A DNA stretch of 59,499 bases from Parcubacteria bacterium SG8_24 (GCA_001303185.1 LJNP01000002.1:1-59499); one strand, 5' to 3'. Numbered from the stretch's first letter, positions 10,801 through 20,000 are shown. The notes: generated by a model from the letters alone, not told the origin. Translations and numbers: made by a program.

Positions 10801-11703
10801 CGTCTGGACGAAAGTGCTGATGAAGGTGGCCAGGGCGGTGTAGATGGACCGGCTGGCGACCTGGCCGGCAGTATAGGCCACGGTATATTCCTGAGGCTGT
10901 TTCTCGCGCTGCTCCTCAGCCCGACGGAAGGCCTGCCGGGTCGTCTCCGGCGGAGCCAGCACCCGACCGGAAACCGCGTCCCGGATACCCTGGAAACCGC
11001 CGCCGGCCGCGGCGTCAGTGATCTTCTTGAGCGTCTTGTCGAACCGGCTGGTGGCCTGAGCCTCGAGCGTCTTGCCCATGATGCCGACCGAAGCGGAAAT
11101 CGGCGACTGGCCACGCTCAAAGGTCGGTTTCAGGCTATCCAGGAACTCGCCGGATTCGAGCGACTCATAAGCCGCGGTCCAGTTCTTGGCCAGCTCGTTG
11201 AAATCGCATTTCGGCGTGGGTGGTTTGACCTCATCCATCATGCCCAGCTGGATCTTCAGGGTGAAGGCGGCGCTGGGGTTACAGAGGTTGAATCCGGTAA
11301 AGGCCAGGTCCTCGGCCAGCGAACCGACCATCTCGCCGACCGCGCCTTTGGCGGCATCCTCGACGACGCGTTCCCCGAACGAGTCCCAACAGGGCTTCTC
11401 GCCGGGACAGTCGCCGAGGATGGAGATGGCCAGCTGATAGGCCAGCTGGCTCATGAAGTAGTTCAACCCGTTGGAGAGGGCCACGACGACGCCTTCCACG
11501 GCCACGTTCTTGATCTGCTCGAAGACATTCGTGACCGTGACCTGCGTCTCGGTGATCGGATCGGAGGTCACCCACTGGGCATGCGCTGTCTTGGGTCGGC
11601 CTAGGGAAAACAGGATCAGGAAAGATGGTATGACCAAAACAAGGAGCAGTAGGGTCGCCTGGACCCTGCCCCTTCGCGGTGAGTTACCTGTGTTACTGCG
11701 CAT
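1891..11703 (-). CDS. Giant (3270 aa) cysteine-rich secreted/surface protein with mosaic domain structure
   Basis: One uninterrupted 9813-nt ORF. N-terminal signal/anchor: RRGRVQATLLLLVLVIPSFLILFSLGRPKTAHAQW. It contains recurring six-Cys modules and D-x-D-C-P type mini-knots. Two jelly-roll/CBM4_9-like segments are marked by NLVRNGGFSD...AYVDRVQLEEG and LIFSTFEEGLDGWT...AYNLSFWARGDGQ...VYLDNVLLTEV. A PKD-like segment (VDFGDGTDPVV) lies near the C-terminus. Confidence 0.9.
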   Translation of the reverse strand: MRSNTGNSPRRGRVQATLLLLVLVIPSFLILFSLGRPKTAHAQWVTSDPITETQVTVTNVFEQIKNVAVEGVVVALSNGLNYFMSQLAYQLAISILGDCPGEKPCWDSFGERVVEDAAKGAVGEMVGSLAEDLAFTGFNLCNPSAAFTLKIQLGMMDEVKPPTPKCDFNELAKNWTAAYESLESGEFLDSLKPTFERGQSPISASVGIMGKTLEAQATSRFDKTLKKITDAAAGGGFQGIRDAVSGRVLAPPETTRQAFRRAEEQREKQPQEYTVAYTAGQVASRSIYTALATFISTFVQTLMSSLWNKFVTGLLSSEELEELQPDLIFTEEGVVRPPGRSGAARAKSQTMLVPRPRDAGVYDVLLDFSICPDVGRSANNCVIDEQFSTAIRVSEAFSITVGEAIEKGFLHGDWLLVSSIDREIDSDPLCYRTAYCESNLKKLRAARILPVGWEIAAHRSSGNSKITLQEVVNRFHDCPESGEIDEELFPFCHLIDPDWVIKAPPALCKARAVGPHLVDPDIPTRQERCVDAPTCLTQDDFGACIGGYGYCTRERRVWRFNGDQCPAAFNTCKTLKQRTGGPVSYLMNTIDSGICNADNAGCLNYSTELSVIRDCTLESTCDQEQGCLCPDPVDEPDAEIRCRVPNGALTCSSLVGDDKEPRDDWRQEPARYFNRNTTTCSPGDNGCTALVPLGTGSSLNLVRNGGFSDSENADRDESGNPDHAMHWTPYGCAGESCQAGAGAAPGYLARNYVRTFDGAETTLTAVNVGRINDASSTICTLNPAQPCDLELGCYCETTIGGEPYGCKAVKGTMSCTVTNVVMQDRVRIRPDRMISVWADFVSPSDGSTETHGAIILRLRDDMGQVIDVNDVSTSVFGDDFTRSCGVTTYGGDDVIKVAVDTSASDRATVGCTFLVSDPGVAFADLILYSNNYAGGAYVDRVQLEEGPPTQFHEKYGTASSMIYAKIPPPYLGCTGEATDPPECESFAGICRETEQGCELFSPVTGEPPVPGIVGLQDYCPAECVGYDVFKQEASEFESAEPYAYFIPSTAQGCNQAEVGCSEFTNLDTEEIEYYTRLRLCQRPDDTDSVIYYTWEGSDTTGYQLKVWNLKRTASLVSTAGGADAYDIRAEGGAGTAGYAPCTDIDADDNSCESPTNGTDTDAGFCTPTDIELGDFDCREFYDADGNRHYRRLSKTIIATSECYRYRITRSNSLDCVASNGDWERNECLYRAAPSESLACAPTSNECRAYKGNAASNVRQLIFSTFEEGLDGWTAAVSQVIQSPESVSVGGHSLRLPGGNPTELANLDVTELVTPGRAYNLSFWARGDGQFRASFVQDAGLGTAAFDAQNILYFSVNDDQVSTATVELEAGWKHYLLGPVIIPSAVSEGRDTIRRRSCLEAGPEGCLSPTDAWETSVYLQFKTEDGLLADVYLDNVLLTEVLDNIFVVRDSWSTPESCDQTITGNDSPQEMLGCREYTDSQGRKHFLRSFSQLCRERSVGCAAFSDTKNTPEVPYAQSFRAVCDLGHVCGTEPEDQTPACVCNYDTQDPTARLDAPRLLYDVCRVPMGESQCRFTLDNWDDSTAPTANPDRINIDADERLYLVVRPQNQCAATAAGCRNFGKPVIQYEDICTYRINGYPARCPDVDGCECVHDEIDTARCIVEQGAQNCRLFLEQGIVTEWTGLTLLDQPARYDEILCPQEAVRCEEFVGGDGTYYFKHPGNKTCEFKESVTFGGVRRSGWFRKSESGSLFPCYPELLRNGTVYEISRNSDMTCSLPDGPDQGSQPDTCEEETGCFCMVTVGEPGNESEVIACRVAEGNTTCGYQGWVGVCPSEYDRCEEYKDPIASSAANPEGEPYYYINNNKLDFASCAGGASLKDSCVLLKQTSDTYNGFSSAATYLKSEMQQGIAVTPVNCNISGNERPEECKYRCFRIQDGSCSGTRENCRNDSDCGGGEICEGEPFYTTGCRIENSNADCDTNMSEICVGEDDPQFLIRFPEHAENYRNDTNRIIKVRPDRECAQWLACKQQETIWQEEEREWQNICSAFTLCEEGAELGRIGVECSAPVDPPKKLLTASEYMSRDIRYSGLEYSGFSLVGKYPAQYLSPFKITTGRCKDINSGEDYDAGGGSYTYCRTTDQCPDGTFCGPSLSGVCAGGDREYASCEVNADCPNGYCVTSELLTKRFGVNITACRGICSGGGNAGKPCVYDDQCPGSSCDTTMMGRPCGSDGDCNGTADTCALYCETDEDCPLDETRIAADGVSTGFCFEHRCMYSLEGGPIALETLDYAPTCRAYPETDSPYSYEVVAETGFGGHVQGFDQYGNAVGRVKGYDGAYTCMYGNYCECGYVRLGYGQAGVLTKFYSLANPQKSLGTSGGGMQISSGVPLGICVGGEYEGKPCSETGDTAEGCGDPAEGGGQCNFLSRYSRALGWPGLCIDSDTSTTINGSKDLYDCNLWLPVDRLSGMTDIFNQYREAGFNPERSQLLYCAYAEGNEEGQDYEVELHAYEGASGHNDYPSPCKTRSDYCYEDDDTDCPTTSHNYGVLNGRNCKADGCIPHAKVDAPWPLDDGEFEGADACEDAGYHMYNSICIPVMIGAALISGPWGSVGSGTACYAAMWETCENSQNEVCEGGDTVPWSDPACSSPGRLFNVSWEDAKVKHYCLPNQWDDFKKHQITAIEIRFGVIGEGDAYMYLTSDDEVSNGEWREAYNWDGNPDWGLNSGAAGTHIDGSTSGTCITMINKKRDGDGYEGTCEAREDNDNSNCVGVVAVFNGNEELTDIYTALCHNDSTIYHHVPAGIKLLLRENCTHFLHVHDSTGGSSPDGEFTNVAWTDRIWKASGAHGGTEEEPSGFDPGSIFDYVHNTDGPPPDGPLEDTEMSPYAPLTPDPSDTLWTTLTYPIPVYEEEYGSEWTNISSERYMNDDQKSVYSMVATDPLQTETYLAGYPYACDDDCGSSYLSDQSYQTGRNRIMRMFAVAWKLHTWNEDYDLDDQYGQYGTTEPGNNSGAPAEDMRWSYVTTDTVPQIVTVNDSQPCKSEAECLEGGSGITVYGPDSVVGLTSGIVPISGSGKVTLRYYGYADKDHMPIRRKIVDFGDGTDPVVTWGYYKNHRGAQDADLDGTLESICNPQDVAEKEWGLTTQACEKAYFQETKIYTCSEPIAAQLPACDGERIFPCRGSSGDCFFKPRIQLLDNWGACNGVCPGGSDNGDACFNATLEIDSPDMIDEINEECHRLNEPLDDLIPYEPSNGRTPWTAFAGMIRVCVGDGVCPSSGP

Positions 11704-11750
11704 TGCGTCGCGGGTTATGAATGCGATGGTTGGTTGTCGGACCAGTCAGG

Positions 11751-12518
11751 TCACTCCTCGAACTCCTCTTCGGCCGGCGGCCCCTCCTCTCCCTCCCCGT
11801 CCAGCGGCTCTTCCATCCCCTCCACGACCGGGGCCTGACCCAGCATCGGCTGCAGTTCGACCAGCGTCTCCCGGAGCATCGCCCGGAGCACCTCATCCGA
11901 GGCCTTGTCCAGTTCCTGCTTGGGGAAGCCGAGGGTGATCAGGAAGGACCGGAGTTCGTCGGACGGCATCTCTTCCAGTCGCTCTACCATACTGTCCGGA
12001 GTCAGGGTCTCGAGGTCGCCGAAATAGGTCTCGATAGCGGCGAAGATCGGATGGGCCTGGGCGAGCGATCCGGTATCGGACGGGATGCTGGCGGAAGACG
12101 TGCCGACCGAACAGAGCGCTCCGACGCATCCGGTCGCCGGCTGGGACGAACCGGTCTGACGGCAGGTCTTGCCGCGTGGGCAGTTGGGATCCTGACCCTG
12201 GGCCACTTCGATCCCGTCAGGGATCGTGTCGGAATCGGAATCCTCCAGGAACGGGCTGGTGCGGAAGATGTAGAGTTCGTCGTAATCGTTCAGGCCGTCC
12301 TGATCGGTATCCGCGGCCCGCAACGCGGCCAGCCGCTCCGCCTCCTGTTCATCCAATGTCTTGAAGACGTAAGATGGATCCCTCTCGAGCGGTTCGTAGA
12401 TGTTCCGTTTGACGCGCAAAAAAGCGAAGACCAACGTCACCGCGCCGATCAGCAGGACTACGGCCAAGACGATACCCTGATGTCTTTTGTAAGCGTCTGA
12501 GCTGGCCATGGCTTTCAT
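11751..12518 (-). CDS. N-terminally anchored protein with thrombospondin-type-3-like Ca-binding repeats and an acidic C-terminus
   Basis: TM anchor GIVLAVVLLIGAVTLVFAFL, then DTDQDGLNDYDELYIF and DSDSDTIPDGIEVAQGQDPNCP (DxDxDG-type repeats), then an acidic tail EEGPPAEEEFEE. The track start is 12542. The promoter position favours ATG 12518 (MKAMASS) or ATG 12509 (MASS). Confidence 0.75.
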   Translation of the reverse strand: MKAMASSDAYKRHQGIVLAVVLLIGAVTLVFAFLRVKRNIYEPLERDPSYVFKTLDEQEAERLAALRAADTDQDGLNDYDELYIFRTSPFLEDSDSDTIPDGIEVAQGQDPNCPRGKTCRQTGSSQPATGCVGALCSVGTSSASIPSDTGSLAQAHPIFAAIETYFGDLETLTPDSMVERLEEMPSDELRSFLITLGFPKQELDKASDEVLRAMLRETLVELQPMLGQAPVVEGMEEPLDGEGEEGPPAEEEFEE

Positions 12519-12525
12519 TATATAA

Positions 12526-12555
12526 AGTATACCACGCCCCAACAGCCCAGTCCAA
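12526..12555 (-). promoter_or_regulatory. Sigma70-like promoter of the anchor-protein/giant-protein operon
   Basis: Minus strand TTGGAC-18 nt-TATACT with a TGg extension. A second overlapping TATAAT ends inside ATG 12518. The -10 boxes lie 7 nt from ATG 12518 or ATG 12509. Confidence 0.55.
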
Positions 12556-12580
12556 GCTAAATAGTATCAAAAAAACCGGT

Positions 12581-13420
12581 TCAGGATAAGGCTCGGGTCA
12601 GCCTGATCCATTCCCCGACCGACAGGTTCTCCGGACGCTCCCGCGGGTCGATTCCGGCCCGCCGGAAGACCTCCTCGATTTCAGCCCCTTTCAGCCTCTT
12701 TTTTAGGCTGTTATGCAGCTGTTTACGTCTGCCGGAAAAGGCTTCCTGGACCACCCCGAGGAGGCAGTCCCGGTCCACGCCGCCCAAACGCTCCCTTTCT
12801 GCAGCCTCATTCAGGAGGACGACATGGAGCACCGCTGAATCGACCTTGGGCTGGGGATAAAAGGAGCCGCGCGGCACCCGAAAGGCCTTGGTAGCATCAG
12901 CCAGAGACTGGACGAACACGGACAGGGAAGCCATCCTCCCCGGCCGGGCGGTGATACGGTCAGCGACCTCCCGTTGGACCAACAACGTGAACGAAACCGG
13001 TCGCGGTTCCTCGAGCAGGAACTTCCTGATGACCGGACTGGTGATGGCGTAAGGCAGGTTGGCCACGACCTTATAACCGTCCTTGCCGGGTCCGAACGAC
13101 TCCGACAGTTCGCGGTTGGTCGTCTTCATGATGTCACCCCGCCTCAACTCCAACCCCGCCCCGCCGAAACGGTCCGTCAGAAGACGGTGCAAACGCCGGT
13201 CGAGTTCCACGGCCGTGACCCGGGCGCCGCGTTCCAGCAGTTCGGCGGTCAGTATCCCCCACCCCGGACCTATCTCGACCACCCGATCCCCGGGTCCGAT
13301 CCCGGCGATGTCGGCCATCGCGGCCACCACGCCTTCGTCGAACAGGAAATGCTGGCCTCGGGACTTGAGAGGCCTCAGACCGTACTCCTTGAGGATCGTC
13401 TTGAGTCGGGCGAGACCCAT
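12581..13420 (-). CDS. rsmA: 16S rRNA (adenine1518/1519-N6)-dimethyltransferase
   Basis: SRGQHFL, SAM-binding VVEIGPGWGILT and the ANLPYAITSP motif. Length 279 aa. Confidence 0.9.
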   Translation of the reverse strand: MGLARLKTILKEYGLRPLKSRGQHFLFDEGVVAAMADIAGIGPGDRVVEIGPGWGILTAELLERGARVTAVELDRRLHRLLTDRFGGAGLELRRGDIMKTTNRELSESFGPGKDGYKVVANLPYAITSPVIRKFLLEEPRPVSFTLLVQREVADRITARPGRMASLSVFVQSLADATKAFRVPRGSFYPQPKVDSAVLHVVLLNEAAERERLGGVDRDCLLGVVQEAFSGRRKQLHNSLKKRLKGAEIEEVFRRAGIDPRERPENLSVGEWIRLTRALS

Positions 13421-13442
13421 AGCGTCGGGTGACCGCTCGCGC

Positions 13443-14633
13443 TCAGGCGGCGACCGGCGGCCGCTTCTTCATCAGGGCGAACAGTCCGGTGAAGACGGCG
13501 GCCGTGACGAATATCGCGGTCCAGGGGTCGTCCGGGAACAGCCGGACCAGACCCAACGTGACCAGGATTGCCGCGATCTTGCCCAAAGTCAGCGCCATGA
13601 GGAAGAGGATCGTCGTCTCCATGACATCATGATTCCGGGCGTCCTCGTTATGTATGGCCAACAGCGGCACCATGGTCATGTTCCGGGAGATGCGATAGAA
13701 GGCGTCGATCAGGAATACCCCCAGACCGCCGGTGATGAGCGGACGGACCAGCCAGGACATCACGGTATAGAACGTGCCGCTGTAAAGGACCTGCCGCGGC
13801 CGGTCCTCGTCGGTGAGTCGTCCCACGTAGAGAGTCACTATGACGTTGATCAATCGCGAGAGGGCGATGATGGCGCCGAGGGAGAAGAGACTGGGAATCA
13901 TGATGGCGATGAAGATGGGCCAGAGCACCAGGGTGATGAATTCCTCGCCGAAACCGATGAAGGTCAGCAGCTGACGACGGTTGCCGCGCTCGATCAGCCG
14001 GGAGAGAGCCACCCGGTAAGAGAACGGCCGGTCAGCGCGCAATTCCGGCGTCCTGAGCAGCGGCACGTTGGAGAGCAGCACCAGGACGGTCACGGCGATG
14101 AACAGGGCCCCAAAACCCCAGGCGGCGATCACCAGACCGCCGATGGCCGGCGCGAACGAGGCGGCCAGGGCATTGATCGCCGTACGGTTGGAGACCTCGC
14201 GACCCCCCTCGTCCGACCTCGACCAGGCGGCGAAATTGGCGTGAAATCCCGGCCAATAGAGCGCTTTCTGCACCGCCAACATGACCGCCGCAGCGGCGAT
14301 GAAGGCCTGATGGTGCGGGATGGCGAACAGGCTCAAGTAATACAGGATCAGGAAGGGCGAGCTGTAGAGGATAGTGTGCTCATACCCGTGGCGACGGCAG
14401 AGCTTGCCGCTCAGCGGTAACAGCAGGAGATAGCTGACGGAAACGGCCAGATAGAACAGCAGTATCTCCCGTATGGCGAAACCCAGGGTGAAGAGATAGA
14501 TCGGCACGAAGATGCCGACCGCACCGACCGCGAAGTTCCGTATGGCCGACGACAGGTACATCTCGCGCATCTCCTGTGAAGCCTGGAAGGCGAGATAATG
14601 TCTCAGGTACTGATGAAGATGTTCTCCGATCAT
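13443..14633 (-). CDS. MFS-type polytopic transporter-like membrane protein
   Basis: About 12 hydrophobic spans across roughly 400 aa (AVGAVGIFVPIYLFTLGFAI, LLLPLSGKLCRRHGY loop). The start is uncertain: GTG 14681 overlaps tsaC, ATG 14633 does not. Confidence 0.5.
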   Translation of the reverse strand: MIGEHLHQYLRHYLAFQASQEMREMYLSSAIRNFAVGAVGIFVPIYLFTLGFAIREILLFYLAVSVSYLLLLPLSGKLCRRHGYEHTILYSSPFLILYYLSLFAIPHHQAFIAAAAVMLAVQKALYWPGFHANFAAWSRSDEGGREVSNRTAINALAASFAPAIGGLVIAAWGFGALFIAVTVLVLLSNVPLLRTPELRADRPFSYRVALSRLIERGNRRQLLTFIGFGEEFITLVLWPIFIAIMIPSLFSLGAIIALSRLINVIVTLYVGRLTDEDRPRQVLYSGTFYTVMSWLVRPLITGGLGVFLIDAFYRISRNMTMVPLLAIHNEDARNHDVMETTILFLMALTLGKIAAILVTLGLVRLFPDDPWTAIFVTAAVFTGLFALMKKRPPVAA

Positions 14634-14670
14634 GGCGGTATCGTCTTTATGGCTGGACGGGTCCGGCGGG

Positions 14671-15306
14671 TCACCGGTCACCGGAAGGATCGATGGTCAG
14701 GCCGCCTTCCCGGAGCACCTCCGGCACGCCTCGACGGACCTGGACGATGGTCGAAGGAGGGCGCATCGGCAGTTGACCGGCATCGAGCAGCAGGTCGGGG
14801 CGTCGTTCCCGCCCCGAGAAGAGCCGCCGCACGGCGCCGCCGGAGTAGACCGGCGCCCCATCGCTGATGTTGGCCGAAGTGGAGACTATGGGTGAGCCGA
14901 AGGTCTCGGCCAGGGCCCGGGCCCAGGCCGAGCCGGGTACGCGGATGGCGATACTGGCCGGTCGGCCGCCGTGCTGCCAGGCTACGCTGCGCCTGGTCCG
15001 AAACGGCACCACCAGCGTCAGCGGCCCGGGCCAATATCGCTTGGCCAGGATCCTGGACCGGCCGGTCAGGACTGTCCACTGGGCGGCCTGTCCGAACGAA
15101 CCGGCGATGACCGGCAGGGGTTTCCGACTCGACCGACCCTTGATGGCGTAGACACCCTGGACCGCCGTGACGCTGCCCGGGTCGGCTCCGATGCCGTAAG
15201 AGGTCTCTGTCGGATAGACGATCGTACCGCCACGCCGCAGGACCGCCACGGCCTCCTGAAGCGCCTTGCTGCTGACATGACGACGGCTTATCCTGATCGT
15301 CCTCAT
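14671..15306 (-). CDS. tsaC: L-threonylcarbamoyladenylate synthase (YrdC/TsaC family)
   Basis: YPTETSYGIGAD, KGRSSRKPLPV, WPGPLTLVVP and STSANISDG motifs. 211 aa short form. Confidence 0.85.
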   Translation of the reverse strand: MRTIRISRRHVSSKALQEAVAVLRRGGTIVYPTETSYGIGADPGSVTAVQGVYAIKGRSSRKPLPVIAGSFGQAAQWTVLTGRSRILAKRYWPGPLTLVVPFRTRRSVAWQHGGRPASIAIRVPGSAWARALAETFGSPIVSTSANISDGAPVYSGGAVRRLFSGRERRPDLLLDAGQLPMRPPSTIVQVRRGVPEVLREGGLTIDPSGDR

Positions 15307-15312
15307 ACGGTC

Positions 15313-16242
15313 TCACCGGCTCCGGTCGCCGCTCATCCAGGCATGGGTACGGGTCACCCCCTCCTCGATGCCGACCCGGGGCGTCCAAGACAATTCCTGC
15401 TTGGCCCGGGAAGGATCCAACGAGACGCGCCGGTCGTCACCCGGTCTGGCCGCGCCGTATGACGGGTCCAGGCGCGAACCGGACGCCCGCCGGCAAAACC
15501 TGTACAGGTCATTGATCGAGGTCTCGATACCGGTACTGATATTGAACGTGCCGCGGCTCTCCGCCTCGAGAGCGACCACGACCGCCGCCGCCACATCGGT
15601 CGCGAAGATGAAATCCCTGGTTTGTTCGCCGTCGCCGTTGATGGTTACGGGGCGACCGGCCAGCAGGTTGTTCAGGAAGATGGCTACGGCACCGGCCTCG
15701 CCTTTCACTGTCTGCCGGGGTCCGTAGACATTGGAGAAACGCAGGGCGGCGGCGGACAGGTCATGCAGCAGGCGGGCCGAATGCAGATAGTGTTCGAAGG
15801 ACAGTTTGGAACAGCCATACGGGGATCCGGGTCGGGTCGGCGCCGACTCCGGCGTCGGTAAGATATCGGCTCCCGTATAGACGGCGGCCGATGAGGCGAA
15901 GGTCAGATGACGGACGCCGGCCCCCAGGGCCGCCTGGAGGATGTTCAGGCTGCCCATGATATTGACGTCGGCATCGAACATCGGCTCATCGACCGAACGG
16001 CGCAGATCGATGTGAGCGGCGAGATGGACCAGATGGGTCGGCTGCAGACGCCGGATCAGCGCGGCCGCCTTCTTCGACCTGATGTCCGCCACATGTAATC
16101 TGGCCGGACGACGCACGTTACCCTTGCGGCCGGTCGAGAGATCGTCGATGACGCGCACCTCATATCCGCGGTCGAGCAACCGATCGACCACGTGCGAACC
16201 GATGAAACCGGCGCCGCCGGTCACCAGGACTTTCTTTCCCAT
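15313..16242 (-). CDS. NAD-dependent nucleotide-sugar epimerase/dehydratase (extended SDR)
   Basis: VLVTGGAGFIGSH Rossmann motif and catalytic PYGCSK (YxxxK). 309 aa. Confidence 0.85.
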   Translation of the reverse strand: MGKKVLVTGGAGFIGSHVVDRLLDRGYEVRVIDDLSTGRKGNVRRPARLHVADIRSKKAAALIRRLQPTHLVHLAAHIDLRRSVDEPMFDADVNIMGSLNILQAALGAGVRHLTFASSAAVYTGADILPTPESAPTRPGSPYGCSKLSFEHYLHSARLLHDLSAAALRFSNVYGPRQTVKGEAGAVAIFLNNLLAGRPVTINGDGEQTRDFIFATDVAAAVVVALEAESRGTFNISTGIETSINDLYRFCRRASGSRLDPSYGAARPGDDRRVSLDPSRAKQELSWTPRVGIEEGVTRTHAWMSGDRSR

Positions 16243-16278
16243 AAGCTTTCGCTGCAGCGACCCGATCGCCGCCGCCCG

Positions 16279-17389
16279 TTATTTGCCGCCCTTAGCCTTG
16301 CTGTGACGCAGATAGGACTCGATAAAGGGCCCGATATCGCCATCGAGCACGGCCTCGGTATCCTGCGTCTCATGCTTGGTACGGTGATCCTTGACCATGC
16401 GGTACGGATGCAGCACGTACGAACGTATCTGATTGCCCCACTCGGCGCTGGTGAACTCGCCCCGCAGCTTCCGCTTCTCCTCCTCGCGTTCCTTGAGGTA
16501 GATGGCGTGCAGCCGAGCCCGCAATATCCGCATGGCCGTCTCCTTGTTCTGGGTCTGGGAACGCTCGTTCTGGCAGGAGACGACGATACCGGTCGGGATA
16601 TGGGTAATGCGGACCGCGGAGTAGGTCGTCTGCACGCCCTGACCGCCGTGACCCGAGGCCAGGAAGGTATCGATCCGCAGGTCCTTGGGGTCCACCTGGA
16701 CCTCTTCGACCTCCCCCAGGTCGGGCAGGACCTCCACTAGGGCGAAAGACGTATGGCGCAGCTTGTCCGCGTCGAACGGCGACAGGCGCACCAGCCGATG
16801 CACCCCGGCCTCGGCCTTGAGATAACCGTAGGCGTAACGGCCCTCGAAGGCGACGGTGGCGCTCTTGATACCCGCTTCCGCGCCGGGATGCTTGTCCAGC
16901 ACCTTGGCCTTCCAGCCCCGGGATTCGGCGAATCGCAGGAACATACGCAGCAGCATCTCGGCCCAGTCCTGAGCCTCGGTGCCGCCGGCTCCCGCGTGCA
17001 CCGCCATCAGGGCGTCCCGGTCGTCGTACGGTTCGTCCATCATCGTCATGAACTCGAGGGACTCGAAGGATCGGAGGTAGTCACCGAACTGCCGGACCAC
17101 CTCGTCCTCGACCGACTCGTCATCCTCTTCGAGGGCCAACCGGACGAAAGCGAGCAGCTCATCCACTCCGTCCTTGAGCTTCTTCCATTCCGAATACTGC
17201 TCGCGGAGTCCGCCGAGCTTGCGGCTGAGACGCTGCGCCCGATCCCGGTCCTGCCAGAAATCCGGCTGCTGCGTCTCCTGTTCCAGGGAGGTTATCTCTG
17301 ACTGGAGCGAATCCAGGTCAAAGTAACCTCCACGTATCGGCGACGCGGGCAGCCAACTGCTCGATATCGTGGAGGTGTTGTTTCAACAT
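16279..17389 (-). CDS. prfB: Peptide chain release factor 2, requires programmed +1 frameshift
   Basis: Frame 0 reads MLKQHLHDIEQLAARVADTWRLL then UGA (17320-17318). The +1 frame continues DLDSLQSEITSLEQETQQPDFWQDRD... into the track ORF 16279-17166, which carries SPF (VRLSPFD) and GGQ (SGHGGQGVQT). Confidence 0.92.
17317..17332 (-). promoter_or_regulatory. prfB +1 recoding site (internal SD plus CUU UGA C)
   Basis: Minus strand TGGAGGTTACTTTGAC. An SD-like GGAGG lies 3 nt before the slippery CTT, followed by in-frame TGA and then C. This matches the canonical RF2 autoregulatory site. Confidence 0.9.
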
Positions 17390-17420
17390 ATCTTTAGGAT
17401 ATCCCGAAATGAAACGGTGG

Positions 17421-17837
17421 TCAGAGCCTGATGCGATCGGCGATGTCGCTCAGTACCTTGGGTTTCCAATGGTGCCCGAGCACCGCCTGGACGAAACCGT
17501 AGAGGGAGATGACGATGAAGGCCAGGCCGAGAAGCATCATGAACAAAGGATTCCAGAACAGGAAGCTCAACAGGACTTCGGCGAAGAACAGGACCAGTCC
17601 GCGGCGGGCGTGGAAACGGATGTAATCGCTGTCGCGGGACATCAGGAGCGGCACGATGAGCAGCGGCCCCAGATAGGACAGGGCGGCGAACACCTTATTG
17701 TCCTCGATGTCCTGATGCTCGGGATCGAGCTTCTTTCCGGCCGGCTTGTCTTCCGGCCTACTCTCGGATTCGGGCCGTCCTTCTTCAGGGCGTGTCCCCG
17801 AATGCTCCTCCTGACGTTCATCGTTCATAAGTCTCAA
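17421..17837 (-). CDS. Small membrane protein, DUF4870-like
   Basis: FAALSYLGPLLIVPLLMSRDSDYIRFHARRGLVLFFAEVLL pattern with three hydrophobic spans and a charged N-terminal tail. Confidence 0.55.
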   Translation of the reverse strand: MRLMNDERQEEHSGTRPEEGRPESESRPEDKPAGKKLDPEHQDIEDNKVFAALSYLGPLLIVPLLMSRDSDYIRFHARRGLVLFFAEVLLSFLFWNPLFMMLLGLAFIVISLYGFVQAVLGHHWKPKVLSDIADRIRL

Positions 17838-17944
17838 GACTGAATGCTTAAAGCAGCTTATCGCCGCACCTGCAGTTTACCTTATCGTGGCCTGATTTCC
17901 AAGCCGGCGGGCTGCTGAGCGGCGCCGACCCTCTTCCCGCCTAT

Positions 17945-17976
17945 CGAAAAGCGCCCCGACATGACGTCGGAGCGCC
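17945..17976 (-). terminator. Rho-independent terminator after groEL
   Basis: Minus strand GCGCTCCGAC-GTCAT-GTCGGGGCGC followed by TTTTCG, 20 nt after the groEL stop. Confidence 0.8.
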
Positions 17977-17996
17977 CGTATACCGCATATTTAAGG

Positions 17997-19676
<1,680 letters not shown>

Positions 19677-19709
19677 TCAAGGAAGCCGGCCGGGGATCTT
19701 TCGTGATGC

Positions 19710-20000
19710 CTATCCGAGGACAGCCAGGATGTCCGATTCCTCCAGGATGAGGAGCTCCTGACCGTCGACCTTGATCTCGTCCGGGCCGTACTTCTTGAAG
19801 ACGACCTTGTCACCAGGCTGGATCGACATCTCGGAACGGGAACCGTTCTCGAGCATCTTGCCGGGACCTACGGCGATGACCTCACCCTTCTCCGGCCTTT
19901 CCTTCTCGACCGTATCCGGGATGACGATGCCGGACTTGGTGGTTTCGGACTCATCGAGAGGCTTGACCAAGACGCGGTCGCTGAGCGGTTTTACTTGCAT
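19710..20000 (-). CDS. groES: Co-chaperonin GroES
   Basis: 96 aa, MQVKPLSDRVLVKPLDESETTKSGIVIPD..., immediately upstream of groEL. Confidence 0.97.
   Translation of the reverse strand: MQVKPLSDRVLVKPLDESETTKSGIVIPDTVEKERPEKGEVIAVGPGKMLENGSRSEMSIQPGDKVVFKKYGPDEIKVDGQELLILEESDILAVLG

Noticed and set aside
14678-15388. A 236-aa ORF in an alternative frame over tsaC
   Set aside because: The overlapping 14671-15306 frame carries all the YrdC/TsaC motifs. The alternative frame is Arg/Gly/Pro-rich with no motifs.
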